DNA of 64,000 nt. Origin: a virus. Positions within the stretch are counted from its first letter, which is position 1. The number at the start of each line of letters is the position of its first letter. Positions 39,701-50,100 of this stretch are shown in pieces. The stretch lies in IMG/VR virus record IMGVR_UViG_3300031823_000001, positions 97,741 through 161,740 of that record; one strand, 5' to 3'. Below the pieces are notes generated by a model. That model searched no databases, was not told the origin of the DNA, and worked only from the letters and a program-made list of their open reading frames with translations. The translations under genes and the position numbers were made by a program.

Positions 39701-42700
39701 TCCAATCAGGGCAAGGCGTGGGCGCGCGGGCTGAAGGACCGCGAGCGCCGCGACCCGCCGGAGGAGCCGCCGTCCTTTCAGGTGACCGCAGCAGCGGAGT
39801 ACGGCCCGAAGCCCGAGTTCCGGGCTGCGCCGGAGCACCTGTCTGATGACGAGAAGATGGAGCACTGGGAGGGGGAGCGCCGGAAGAAGCACGCCTGGGA
39901 GTCGCACATCCGCCGGGGCCTCGCCCTGGGCCACCTCGACTACGGCTGCGCCCGCGAGCTGGGCTACTGGGGCAACGGGGACGAGCACCCGGACGAGACG
40001 TGGAACCACGAGGGCGAGATCGTCTCCCGGCGCGGGTGGCAGCCGCTCCCGCAGCGCCTGTACCACGTCACTACCAACCTCCCGGCGGTCCGCGAGCACG
40101 GGCTGAAGTCCCGCCGCGAGCTGGGGCAGCACACCACCGGGGGACTGGGCCTCGGCGGCGGCCCGGACGACACCGTCTCCCTGACCTCGCATCACGGCAC
40201 CGCCCGGAACATCCTGCGGTCGATGCATGAGTACCACGACGTCCTCAACGGCAGGAAGACCCCGCAGGAGATGATCGACGAGGCCCGCACCGGGTCCTCG
40301 GCGGAGCGTCCCTTCCTGCACGACTGGATCGGCCTGTCCGGGCACCCGGTCCCGGAGGAAGACGAGCTGCCCCGGCCGATGCGGGCGGTAATGGAGGGCC
40401 ATGAGGTCTACACCAACCCGACGCTGCGCACCCGCGAGGACATGCACGAGCAGGAGGGTCCCGGCTGGGAGCCGGAGGACGAGGGGCGTGACTTCGCCGG
40501 GCACCACGTCCACAACGGGCCGTGGCGCCGCACCCCGACGCCCGAGCGCCGCCGCCAGCAGCTATCGGAGTTCTACAAGAACTTCTCCTGGGCCAGGTCG
40601 TGGGCGAAGGGGCCGGACAACCCGCTGTTCTCGGCCAACGACGCCGAGGGCTTCGCGCACCTCGACCCCCGGCACTTCGCGATCGTCCACGCGACCCCGC
40701 ATCCCGGCGCCCAGGGGTTCCCGCAGTCGTCGCTGCAAGAGTGGCGCACCGCGAGCGGTGACGCAGTGCACGTGCACCGGGCCGAGCAGCTTGAAGGCGG
40801 CCACCTGAAGGAGGCATCAGTGAGCCTTGCGTCGCGCTTCCAGCCAGGGCTTCGCAACCCGCACACAGGCGGGGACGAGTGGTTTCACGGCACCCAGTCC
40901 GACCCCGGGGACTTCGTGCACGGGTTCTCCCACGACGACACCCATGACCACGAAGACGAGGAGCTGCGCGAGCACCTGTCGCACTGGAACACCAAGCTCG
41001 GCTCTCACTTCGCGGCCGACCACGGGGTGGCGGAGCACTTCGCCCGTCAGGGGGCTTCGACGGACGACGACGAGGACGACTGGGGCGGTGACGACGGCCG
41101 CAGCCGCTACCAGGAGAAGGACCCGCAGTCGGTGATCCACGCCCGGCTGCACCTGCGCAACCCGAAGGTCTACGACTCTGAGTTCGACATGGACCACGAG
41201 GCGTACGAGCACGAGTACGGGCAGCGGAAGAACTACATCTCGAAGCACTTCGAGGACAGCTACGAGGACGAGGACCCGTCTCACGAGGATTACGACCCGG
41301 ATACCCCGGGCGAAGGCGAGGAGTGGCCGCTGGCCGCCCGGTACCGGCACGACGACAAGCAGCCGATCCCCCGTGAGCAGATGCAGCGCCGGACCCTGTT
41401 CTCCAACCCGGACATGCCGGAGATGCCGGAGCGTACCCGCTGGCTGGCTTCCCACCCGGACAAGGCGGGGATTGCCCGGCGCTTCAAGGAGCGGCTCCAG
41501 GCCCAGGGCCACGACGGCATCCTGTACGGCAATGAGTTCGAGACCAGCCACGCCACCGGGGACGGGGGTCACCACGACCTGTCGGCCATCATCTTCCACC
41601 CGCACCAGGCGGAGATCACCCAGCACCACCAGACCGGGGCTCCCTGCCTGTCGCGCGAGGAGGGCGAGAGCCAGCGGGGCCGGATGCCGCAGCCCGGCCA
41701 GGAGGAGCTGCCCGGTGTCGAGGAGCACGCCGACCACTTCCCGAACGGGTTCCTGCGCGGCGCCGCCCTCCTCGCTCACTTCGGGGAGCCGAGGACGGCT
41801 ATGCCGCTGCACATGCAGCAGAAGCTCTTCCACATGCAGCCCGACCCGACATTGCACGAGCCTGAGTCCGGCCGCCATAACCCGTCCGACCCGGAGGCGC
41901 ACCTGCGCTGGCGGCACGAGCACGACGAGGGCTACGAGCCGGACACCTGCGAGCAGTGCGGCGAGGACCAGCGGCGCTGGCGCGAGCACGCCGAGAAGCA
42001 CGACGACTGGCAGCGCGGGCAGGACTGGTACACCGACTGGAGCGAAGAGCACCCGGGCGATGCCATCCACCGGGGTATCGGCGTCGCCCTTCCTCCGGAG
42101 GTGCACGCCGTGGTGCACGACGAGTCGCGGCCCCTTGCCGAGCGCGCCCGCGCCCTGGCGCATCACGTGGTGAGCAGGGGCGGCCTGGGAAACTTCTGGT
42201 CGTCCGACCCGGACGTGTCGAAGACCTACGCCGAGTCGTCCGCGAAGCGGTACAGCAGCCAGGGCGAGAAGACCCCGGTCATGCTGCATGCGCACACCCC
42301 GGGCACAGAGCACATCGAGACCGACCCGGAGACGCTCCAGCACTGGGGCGTTTACTCCTACCACCTGGCCGGGAACCGGGAGGTGCCGCTTCAGCACCAG
42401 GCCCCGGTGCACCTGAAGGGCATCTCCTGGGCGCCTCCGGGGCACGAGGCGCAGGGACCTCACCCCTCCGATCCCAAGTGGCACAACCCGGGACCGCACC
42501 GCTTCGACCAGGACCGGGCCTGGACGCACCACGAGTTCGGTGGCGACGGGATAAGCGCGAATGCCTCCCTGGCGGCGGTTGTAGCCCACTTCGATGAGGG
42601 ACCGCAGGTTCCGTCGTTCACCTGGAAGTACCAGACCTACGGGCCGGAAGGCGGCTACACCGACAAGGAGCAGGAAGTCGCCGGGCCGTTCTACCACGGC

Positions 42701-44164
42701 AGTCGCTCGAAGGGACTGCGCCCCGGCAGCAGCGTGAAGAAGGGCATGTCGGCCAACCCGTGGGGCGACGAGGGCAACGAGGCGGCAGAGCCGGACCCCT
42801 GGGATGAGTTCAGCCGGCCCTCTCGCTACATGCGGGCTCCCGAGGAGCACGAGGCATTCGGCCATCTCAGAGATGACCACAGGATCAACCCGGAGCTTCT
42901 GATGCGGCTGCCCGATGAGACTCTCCGTAGAACTCACTACGAGATACACAGCGGCGAGCTGTACGGGGCGCCAGGCAGCGGTCATTACCATGATGAGCGG
43001 CCCGGTGAAGACAACTGGGACGGCGCCCTCCGGGGGCTTCATCCTGAGGCATCCCTCCCGGCCGTCGTCGCCCACTTCGAGGATGGCGACCAGTACGTCG
43101 CCCCGCCGCAGCCTGGCGACGAGACGTGGAGCCACCTCCAGGAGGCGCACGGAGCGCGCCCTTCGGCGGGCAGCGACAAGGCGCCGGGCGCCGACTTCAC
43201 GAGTGCCCTGCACCGCAGGTTCCACGACGGCAAGAAGGCGTTCCCGGGGTCGGTCCCCCACCATCACGGGGCTCAGGCCGAGGCCCCGGCTGCCGGGCAG
43301 TCTGCCAGGGACTCCATCTCCCGGATGTTCACCCCGATCCCGCCTGAGGAGCTGGAGGCGCAGCGGCGTGCAAGCGAGCCGAAGCCCGAGCGGCTCGACG
43401 ACCGGGAGTACTCGATCCGTGACGTGAGCAGGCACTACGACTGGGAGGGGTTCGACCCCCACGAGATCGAGCACCTGGTGCACCGTCCCGAGCACGCGAC
43501 TTTCACCAGGGAGGACGTGCCGGTCCACACCCTCCGGCACGCGGACGAGCACGGGAACCTGGTGGCGCCGCCTTCCTACCACGACATCGCCAGCCAGGAC
43601 GACGACGAGCGGGAGCGCCTGGAGGGACTGGAGCGCGGCTACGAAAACGGCGAGCCGGTGCCGCCGATCGTGACGGTCCGCGACGGCGAGCACCACATCA
43701 TCGCCGACGGCTCGCACCGGGCGGCCGTCCACGTCAGGCGCGGCAGCACCCACATCCCGGCGTTCGTCACCCAGCGGACCATCTACCCGGGAGCGCACGA
43801 GGCGTCGCGCCGCGAGGACGAGATCGTCCTGGCGCCCGTCTGCGACACCGTCCCGGCGATCGACGCCTCCCCGCTGGCGCAGGTGATCGCCGCCGCCGGT
43901 CTCCTGGGGTCGTGGGCGCCGCAGACGCGGGAGGACGCGCTGGACGGGATCAGCGCGTTCACGGCTGAGGTGCTCCCCGCTCTCCGCCAGGGGCTGCTAC
44001 GGCTGGCGGCGGTCATCGAGGAGATGCCGGTGCACCCGGACGTCGCCGAGCTGCTCTACGGCATAGCGCGGGCGTCCCGGGTCGCGGCGCAGGACGGCGC
44101 GGAGATGCTGCGGAGGCTGCCCCCGGAAGCACCATGGCAGGAGAGTGGTCCCCCAAATCGCTGA
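36710..44164 (+). CDS. Polyprotein 1 (about 2484 aa): multiple ADP-ribosyltransferase-fold modules, GNAT, ParB-like and TraA-like domains
   Basis: Motifs HRG..W(S/T)..EVP x2, YYHAS..VYEIEP, LYHHT, LYHVT..GL.SR, WFHGT..LRNP..GHDGI, QGRGLAT, DGSHR. Confidence 0.85.
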   Translation: MASIQGDGHGTDWDRVFREKDPRLTEVHRGLRIWPDYDAYQHAHDKSVPVAERAHALLGHIGDLMRREHRGIGMSWSDSPTLARQAAGEGGWSHHGLTGRPDPESPDYDDRPFHMPVVLNAAWPEKEHIETRPHVLDRHGVFPYDDAEMSQGEVPVRNGAPVRVTGISWAKDGTERDTWNHHVFDHPVHYNGTEFEPHGPGHEHTAALLEHFEAAEGDGRRYYHASDEDFEPGDTVSGGHRLDDLYLADTIPGAHKYYTSGNVYEIEPHDDPQPSMKGEYTVPSGTVKRRVPSEEVSKAVRDAYNAPDQKAARDRTNRRQREHSWRVKNDRWYHGYGGQDKPGWDEYQSHWFPEGIENATDEQSEASRHGSPLPPEIHRWIHGTEAAVQPIDLYHHTTPENAAAIMRERKMKSAERGPDGRLSAFFTTDPSPLESQAGRRGSATVHVRVPEHLTWVEDEFPSGEQWHGIPLAELRPEHFVDSEISREASVQHHGISGESAPESADIFAEPTGISPVGSHHADLMRHPERSVRVNGRGESEWVHPHLTAPDHGPYYVARDPGDPDGNEGTLHVLDRNGHATHRPYKGGSWQHANAYRDWHRLTYRQDPEGEGTERDVPSIMEDHQRHLSANPPQFPHSRTDPRDTEILRRPDARVARPEGYSPSDEYHGSYEVVRHPDTGRFHVVDNQGRHAGAGYDGAPTQIGAERSRDYIEKRQMGKERARGIADKLMGGGMEALDPGGTAESRESEANMAAASDMMGRYEGGRGKVKFDSDEEGGRPYYEREHHLPNGQASGWYAKHYGGPSADVYHRATGDLSYALLRFPVHPEDEGSMTPRLHPAFRDEHLAESLKNWHDNEESQERQSLEAADPRISRWKQQRLGSQHEVVAHFEETAAAQDPDERPFGYYTLRHRTEDLGERKPRHFIEAHTPEGSVVGRMNWFGTTGWVHHIDVAGEEDDVGNGLSSIGDGRDHQGRGLATAMWDWSQEMRPKAKHSKDQSNQGKAWARGLKDRERRDPPEEPPSFQVTAAAEYGPKPEFRAAPEHLSDDEKMEHWEGERRKKHAWESHIRRGLALGHLDYGCARELGYWGNGDEHPDETWNHEGEIVSRRGWQPLPQRLYHVTTNLPAVREHGLKSRRELGQHTTGGLGLGGGPDDTVSLTSHHGTARNILRSMHEYHDVLNGRKTPQEMIDEARTGSSAERPFLHDWIGLSGHPVPEEDELPRPMRAVMEGHEVYTNPTLRTREDMHEQEGPGWEPEDEGRDFAGHHVHNGPWRRTPTPERRRQQLSEFYKNFSWARSWAKGPDNPLFSANDAEGFAHLDPRHFAIVHATPHPGAQGFPQSSLQEWRTASGDAVHVHRAEQLEGGHLKEASVSLASRFQPGLRNPHTGGDEWFHGTQSDPGDFVHGFSHDDTHDHEDEELREHLSHWNTKLGSHFAADHGVAEHFARQGASTDDDEDDWGGDDGRSRYQEKDPQSVIHARLHLRNPKVYDSEFDMDHEAYEHEYGQRKNYISKHFEDSYEDEDPSHEDYDPDTPGEGEEWPLAARYRHDDKQPIPREQMQRRTLFSNPDMPEMPERTRWLASHPDKAGIARRFKERLQAQGHDGILYGNEFETSHATGDGGHHDLSAIIFHPHQAEITQHHQTGAPCLSREEGESQRGRMPQPGQEELPGVEEHADHFPNGFLRGAALLAHFGEPRTAMPLHMQQKLFHMQPDPTLHEPESGRHNPSDPEAHLRWRHEHDEGYEPDTCEQCGEDQRRWREHAEKHDDWQRGQDWYTDWSEEHPGDAIHRGIGVALPPEVHAVVHDESRPLAERARALAHHVVSRGGLGNFWSSDPDVSKTYAESSAKRYSSQGEKTPVMLHAHTPGTEHIETDPETLQHWGVYSYHLAGNREVPLQHQAPVHLKGISWAPPGHEAQGPHPSDPKWHNPGPHRFDQDRAWTHHEFGGDGISANASLAAVVAHFDEGPQVPSFTWKYQTYGPEGGYTDKEQEVAGPFYHGSRSKGLRPGSSVKKGMSANPWGDEGNEAAEPDPWDEFSRPSRYMRAPEEHEAFGHLRDDHRINPELLMRLPDETLRRTHYEIHSGELYGAPGSGHYHDERPGEDNWDGALRGLHPEASLPAVVAHFEDGDQYVAPPQPGDETWSHLQEAHGARPSAGSDKAPGADFTSALHRRFHDGKKAFPGSVPHHHGAQAEAPAAGQSARDSISRMFTPIPPEELEAQRRASEPKPERLDDREYSIRDVSRHYDWEGFDPHEIEHLVHRPEHATFTREDVPVHTLRHADEHGNLVAPPSYHDIASQDDDERERLEGLERGYENGEPVPPIVTVRDGEHHIIADGSHRAAVHVRRGSTHIPAFVTQRTIYPGAHEASRREDEIVLAPVCDTVPAIDASPLAQVIAAAGLLGSWAPQTREDALDGISAFTAEVLPALRQGLLRLAAVIEEMPVHPDVAELLYGIARASRVAAQDGAEMLRRLPPEAPWQESGPPNR

Positions 44165-47100
44165 CGCCGCCCCGCCCGATCAGGGCGGAGGCGGCCGACG
44201 ACCGCATCTGGTACCACGGAACGCCAGATGAGCGGACCTGGGAGCACGGTGCGCCCTACGGCATCCACGTGGGTACCGAGGAGGCAGCCAGGCAGGCTCT
44301 GCACGCCCGGATCGGCAAGCCTGCCGAGGGCGAGTGGGACGGCACCCGGGAGTACGGCAAGACGCTCCTGAACAGGGACTACAGCATCTATAGCCTGGAC
44401 GGCACCAAGACAACCCAGCGCAATCCGCCGTCGTACCCGACTAAGGGGCCTGGCTACAGTGACGGGACCACCGGCCCTATGGATGCCCGGCCGAGCATCT
44501 TCCCGGTCCGGATCAAGGGGCCGATGACTAATCACCCCGACGCCCCGGTGACCGACGATTACGCGAACGGCCGGATGCGCGGGCAGATCACCCGGGGTAA
44601 TGCGCGGCGCGGTTACTACTACACGAACCACGGTGAGGACGAGGGATCTATCTCAGCGGCCGTCCCGTCGGCCGCCCACCTGGAACGGATTCATCCGCCG
44701 AAGACTGCGGCTCACGGCGGTGAGCGGTCCTACGTTCTCTACCACGGCGCTCACCATGACGACGTGCGTAGCATCCTGGCCTCCGGCCTGCGGGGGGACC
44801 CTGACCAGCCGACGGTGACGACGAGCCGCGAGGGCGCCGAGCTGTACGGCCGTAAGCGCGACTGGACGGCGCCGAAGGTGCTGGAGATTCACGTGCCCCG
44901 CTCCCAGGTGCACCGCTACCTGGGCGAACCGCAGGAGGGCCTGCCGGTGGAAGGCACGGTGCACGCGCTGCGGGAGACGCTGCCGCCCGCGTTCATCCGC
45001 GCGGTGCACGAGGCGAGCCTGAGACGGGGAGCTGCCTGGAGTCCCCAAGTTGGGATCTTCGGCCCGACCACCGGCCTGGACCCGCTGCTGTTCGATGAGG
45101 GCGGCATGCTGCGCGGCCAGGTCCGCCACGAGATCATGACGCGGCTCGACCAGTGCCTCCGGGTGAACTCCGGGCTGGCCGGGAGCGACTGGCAGGAGTG
45201 GCTGCACGTCTGGCTGACGGGCGGGTCGGCCTCGGAGTGGGCCGGGTCACGGCCGAATGAGAAGGCGCAGGACCTGGACGTCATCGTGGCGATCGACCTG
45301 CCCGAGGCCCAGGGATACGGCGCCTTCGATGGGATGAACGGCGGGGAGGCCGCCTCCGCGCTGAACGCCGCCCTCTGGAAGCACTTCAACACCGACGGGT
45401 GGCAGCCCGGGTTCGGCGGACGCTGGAATCTCACCGCGTTCTGCAACCAGCGGGCGAAGGACGGCATCGGGGCGATCAAGCCGTACGCCGCCTACGACGT
45501 CACGGGCATGCGGTGGGCGGTCTCCCCTCCCCACCTGCCGGAGCACACCGTCGCCGACTTCGACCCGGCGGTGATCGCCCACGCCCGCGCGGTGGCGGCC
45601 GAGGCCCGCGCCATCCTGCGGATGCCCGAGCCGCTGCGCACCCGGGAGGCCCGCGACCTGTGGGAGCACGTCCACCAGCACCGCTGCACGGCGTTCTCGA
45701 AGGAGGGCACCGGCTGGGAAGATCCCGGCAACGTGGACGAGAAGATGCTGGCATACGCCCCGCACGACTTGCTGGGGAAGATTAAGGAGCTGGCGCTGAA
45801 CAGTCAGCAGAAGACGGCTGCCTGGTCGCCCGAGTGGCCGGAGGACGAGCGGTCATGGCGCGGGGAGCGTCGTCTGCTGCCCCTTACGGACCTGATCGCC
45901 AACGATAAAAACATGCGCGAGGTGCTGTCCTCGGGACGCCGTTCTGAGACCGTCGGTGCCATCCACGTCTGGCCGCGCGATGACATGCCCGGCTTTGAGA
46001 TCGGTGATGGCCACCACCGGGTCGCCGATGCCATCCGCAGGGGTGAGACCCATATCGACTCAGAGGTCGAGCCGTGGCCCGACGAAGAGCAGTACGATCC
46101 CCCGTTTTACGACTTCAGCCAGCACATGCGCCGGGAGTCAGCCCTGGCGAAGACGGCCGCCGCGCAGAACCCGCCGTGCCGGTACTGCGGGGAGCCCCTC
46201 GACGAGGAGGACGTCCGCGACGGCCACAGCGCGCACGAGGAGTGCTCCGACATGCGCTGGTGCGAGCCGCACCAGGAGTACCACGATGACCCCCAGGAGG
46301 CCGAGGGCCACAACGGCACGTACACCGACTGGGGCTGCTACCTGCCGTTCGAGGGCGGCATCCACCGGGGCCTTACCGTCCGGCTGCCGGAAGAGGCTCA
46401 CCGCCTGGTGCACGACGAGACGCGTCCGGCCGCCGAGCGAGCCCGCGTGCTGAAGAGCCACCTCGACGATGGCGGCCACTACGGCGTCCACTGGACCGAT
46501 CACCTGCCTGTCGCCCAGGCGTGGGGCTCGGACAACGGGGCCGTCTTCGGCGTCCCCGACCCGGACGACTCCTCGCGCACCCACGTGGTGCTGCACGCCG
46601 CGAGCCCGGGTGTGGAGCACATCGAGGATGACCCGGAGAAGCTGTCCGGCCGCAACCTGTGGGGCTTCGGCCATGAGAACTCCGAGCGCGAGGTCCCGCT
46701 GAAGGAGGGCGCGCCCGTCCACGTCACCGGCATCTCGTGGAAGCGCGGCGGCGAGAGCGAGTGGAACCGGCACGACTTCGGGGAGACCGCGCCCAAGACC
46801 GCCTCGTGGGACCACAGCGGATCGGACCACAGCGGCGTCTACCTGCGGTTCGGCGACTGGCCGCACGACGAGCGGTCCTTCAGCCCGGCCGGCGGCTACC
46901 ACGAGGAAGGCGTCAGCGCCTACGACCTGGACCGGCACGGCGACCCGTCGATCGACCACGGCCTCAACCGGGGCCATCAGCACGACGACGAGTGCGACGT
47001 GGACGAGAACGGCACCTGCCAGTTCCAGGACCCGTGGGGGGAGCCGGACAACGACCCGCAGGAGGAGATGCGAGGCCGCGTCGCCCGTGCCGAGCGCTCC

Positions 47101-50100
47101 CGCTACTACGGCAGCGACAAGCCCTCCGAGGTAGGTCACCTCGTCCGGGGAGAGATGACCGGCGTCGGCTACGACGGCGAGCCGTTGCTGAAGAACGTGA
47201 GGCGGGTCGGCGACTGGATCGACCACCGGCACCTGTTCCTCGACCAGGCGAAGCCGCACCGCCTTGCCCGCGACCCCTCTGACGAGGACTACGAGGAGCC
47301 AGAGGAGAAGCCGCCGTACGGCTACCGCAACCGCACTGCTGCCCTGGAGGCCGGAACCCAGCTGTATCACGGAAGCCTGCACCAGTACGCGCCGGGCACA
47401 GTACTCACTCCCGAAGGGAAGGACGCCGAGGGCTCCCGCTGGTCGGGTGACTACGTCTACGCCGCCACGAGCCCGGAGGCGGCCCGGTACTTCGGCTCCA
47501 TGCACGACACCACCCCCATGAGCGACGCGGACGTGCACGTGCACCGGGTCGAGCCCGTTGGTGACGTAGAGCCGGACGAGTTCCCCGAGGGCGCCGAGGA
47601 CGAGAGGTTCGCTCGCGGGAACTACCGGGCGAAGGCGCTGCGCGTACTCGACAGCCGCCGCGTGCCGGGACACTGGGCGAAGACGGGCGCCTACGAGGGC
47701 GAGCGGATGCTCCGCAACACCCACGAGCTTGGCTGGAGCAACGAAGAGTGGGCTGCCGCGCGCCGCGAGCCGTGGCACGCGGCGGCTAAGCTCGCCCAGC
47801 GGCAAGTGCGCCTGGACCACCCGAAGACGACCATGGATTTCCCGCGCGGCGAGGAGGGCGACCGGATGGTCGGCCATATCCTCCGCCATACCGGGTACCA
47901 GGGGGACGTCAGCGGGGCGTTCGTCTCCCGGCATCCTGATCCCGCGAGGAGGACCTCCAATCCCGCGTGGCTGGACGGGTACCCCGGGGTAACCCTGCAC
48001 CCGGAACGATGGGACTACGGCACTGTCGCGCATGAGGCCGCCCACCACGCAGTGATGGAGGCCCACGGTGTCGGCCCGAACCAGTACGAGTCCGACGAGG
48101 CCAGTCACGGCCCCGAGTGGGCCGGGCACTACGCGCAGGGGCTGAACAGGATCTCGAAGAGCGCCGGGGACGACTTCCTGGCCCACCACCAGTTCTACCG
48201 GGACCTGATCGGCGAGGGCCTCCAGTGGAAGCGCCCGTCGGACATGGACGCGGCCGACGAGCGGTGGCGGAACTCGGGGGAGTCTTACCCGCGCGGTCCC
48301 CGACCGCAGCAGAGTCACTACGGCACGGGCATCGAGCGCGAGGCGGCAGCGGCAGAAGGACCTGCCGGGATCCGCATGGTCGAGCCTGAGGAGTACCGGA
48401 AGTACGTCTTCCCTGACTACCCGGCGAAGACCCTCCCGGCTCTCGCCAGGCACCTGAGGAAGAACAGCCCGGGGTACTACGACAAGCTCCGCGCTGACGT
48501 GCAGGCTAACGGGGTCCGCACGCCGCTCCTGGTGCGCTTCCCCGGCGTTCCCGGGCACCCGGTGAAGAAGCCGCAGGTGATGGATGGCCATCACCGGGGA
48601 GCTGTCGCCAGCGAGCTGGGCCTCCCGGTGCCAGTTGGCGACTATGACAACGAAGAGCACTATCGGTCGGCTATGCAGGCGGGGCAGGCGTGGTTCCGCG
48701 AGAACCACGACCTGAAGGCCGGCATCGTGCGCGAGGCGGCAGCCGACCCGGCTTACCTGCACGGAGGGCCGAACCGGGTGGAGCCCGGCGGTCTCATCCA
48801 CCAGGACGCCATGCCGGAGAGCTACGGTCGGCTAAGCCATAACTTCTTCACTACCAGCCGGGACGTGGCCGAGGAAGCCGCTGACATGCGCAACGGCCTC
48901 GGCCACGGCTGGGTGCATACCGTTGAGCCGACCGGGCCGTTCGAGGTTGACCCGGGCGAGCCGGATTCCTGGAAGTCGGAGGCTCCCCTGCGGGTGCTGT
49001 CGGTAGAGCCGGGCCGGCTGAATGGCAAGGTCCCGCACCCGCCGATCGTGCGCGAGGCGGCGGCTGAGCACGGCCCCGTCTACACCTACGTGCCGGGCTC
49101 CTCCCCGGGGTCGCACGCGATCGTCGCGCACCCGGCCGGGGCCGAGCAGACGAAGGAGAACCGCATCGGCAGGCTGAGCTGGACCGAGGAACCCGAGGGA
49201 CCGCGCGTCGTAAACGTCCACGTGGACGAGGGGTGCCGGCGGCACGGCATCGCGACCGAGATGCTGCGGCGCGCCGAGGAGATCACCCCCGGGATCAGGC
49301 ACTACAACCCTAGTCCCGACGCCGTGAAGTGGATCGAGGGGATGGGCAAGGAGGCGGCAGCCGGAGACTACCGCCAGCCGCACCAGGGGCCGGACGCTGA
49401 GGACGGGGAGGCACTGCACGAGCTGGGGACGAAGGGTTTTTTCCCGCCTGACGTGCACGAGCGTCCGCAGGATTACGGGGCCGACACCCAGACGGCGGGC
49501 AAGATCCGTAAGGCACGCGGCAACCCGGACGAGCGGATCACCATGTACCGGGCGATGCCGAGCCCGCATCACAAGATCAACACAGGCGACTGGGTGACCT
49601 TGTCCGAGGACTATGCCCGTGAGCACGCCGAAGAGTCTCACCCGGACGATAACTACGCCGTCCTCGGTAAGGTCACCCGCGCCAGGCACCTGCGCAATGA
49701 TGGCAACGACCTGAACGAGTGGACCTACCACGGGCCGACCCAGCACTTCCCGAAACTTGTTGACCGGGGCGGCAAGAACGGCGGCTGGAAGAACTCAGCC
49801 GAGCTGAGCAAGGCCCAGTGGAAGGACGTGCCCCCGGAGGATGAGATGCCGTCCCGCGAGGCGGCCAGCTCTGACGGCGTCCCCCAGCGGCCGAAGCGGA
49901 CCCCCGGCAGCGCCATGGTGTACCTGGACGTCCCGCACGGCACCGTCGAGCCGTACGAGGGGATGGAGACCGGCCACCACGTCGCCCTGGCGTACCTGCC
50001 CCGCAAGATCGGCGACGAGGACTTCGCCCGGGTGGTGGACCGCGCCCGGGAGGCGGCGGCCAGGCACGCGCCGATGAAGGCCACCATCTCGGGCGGCGGG

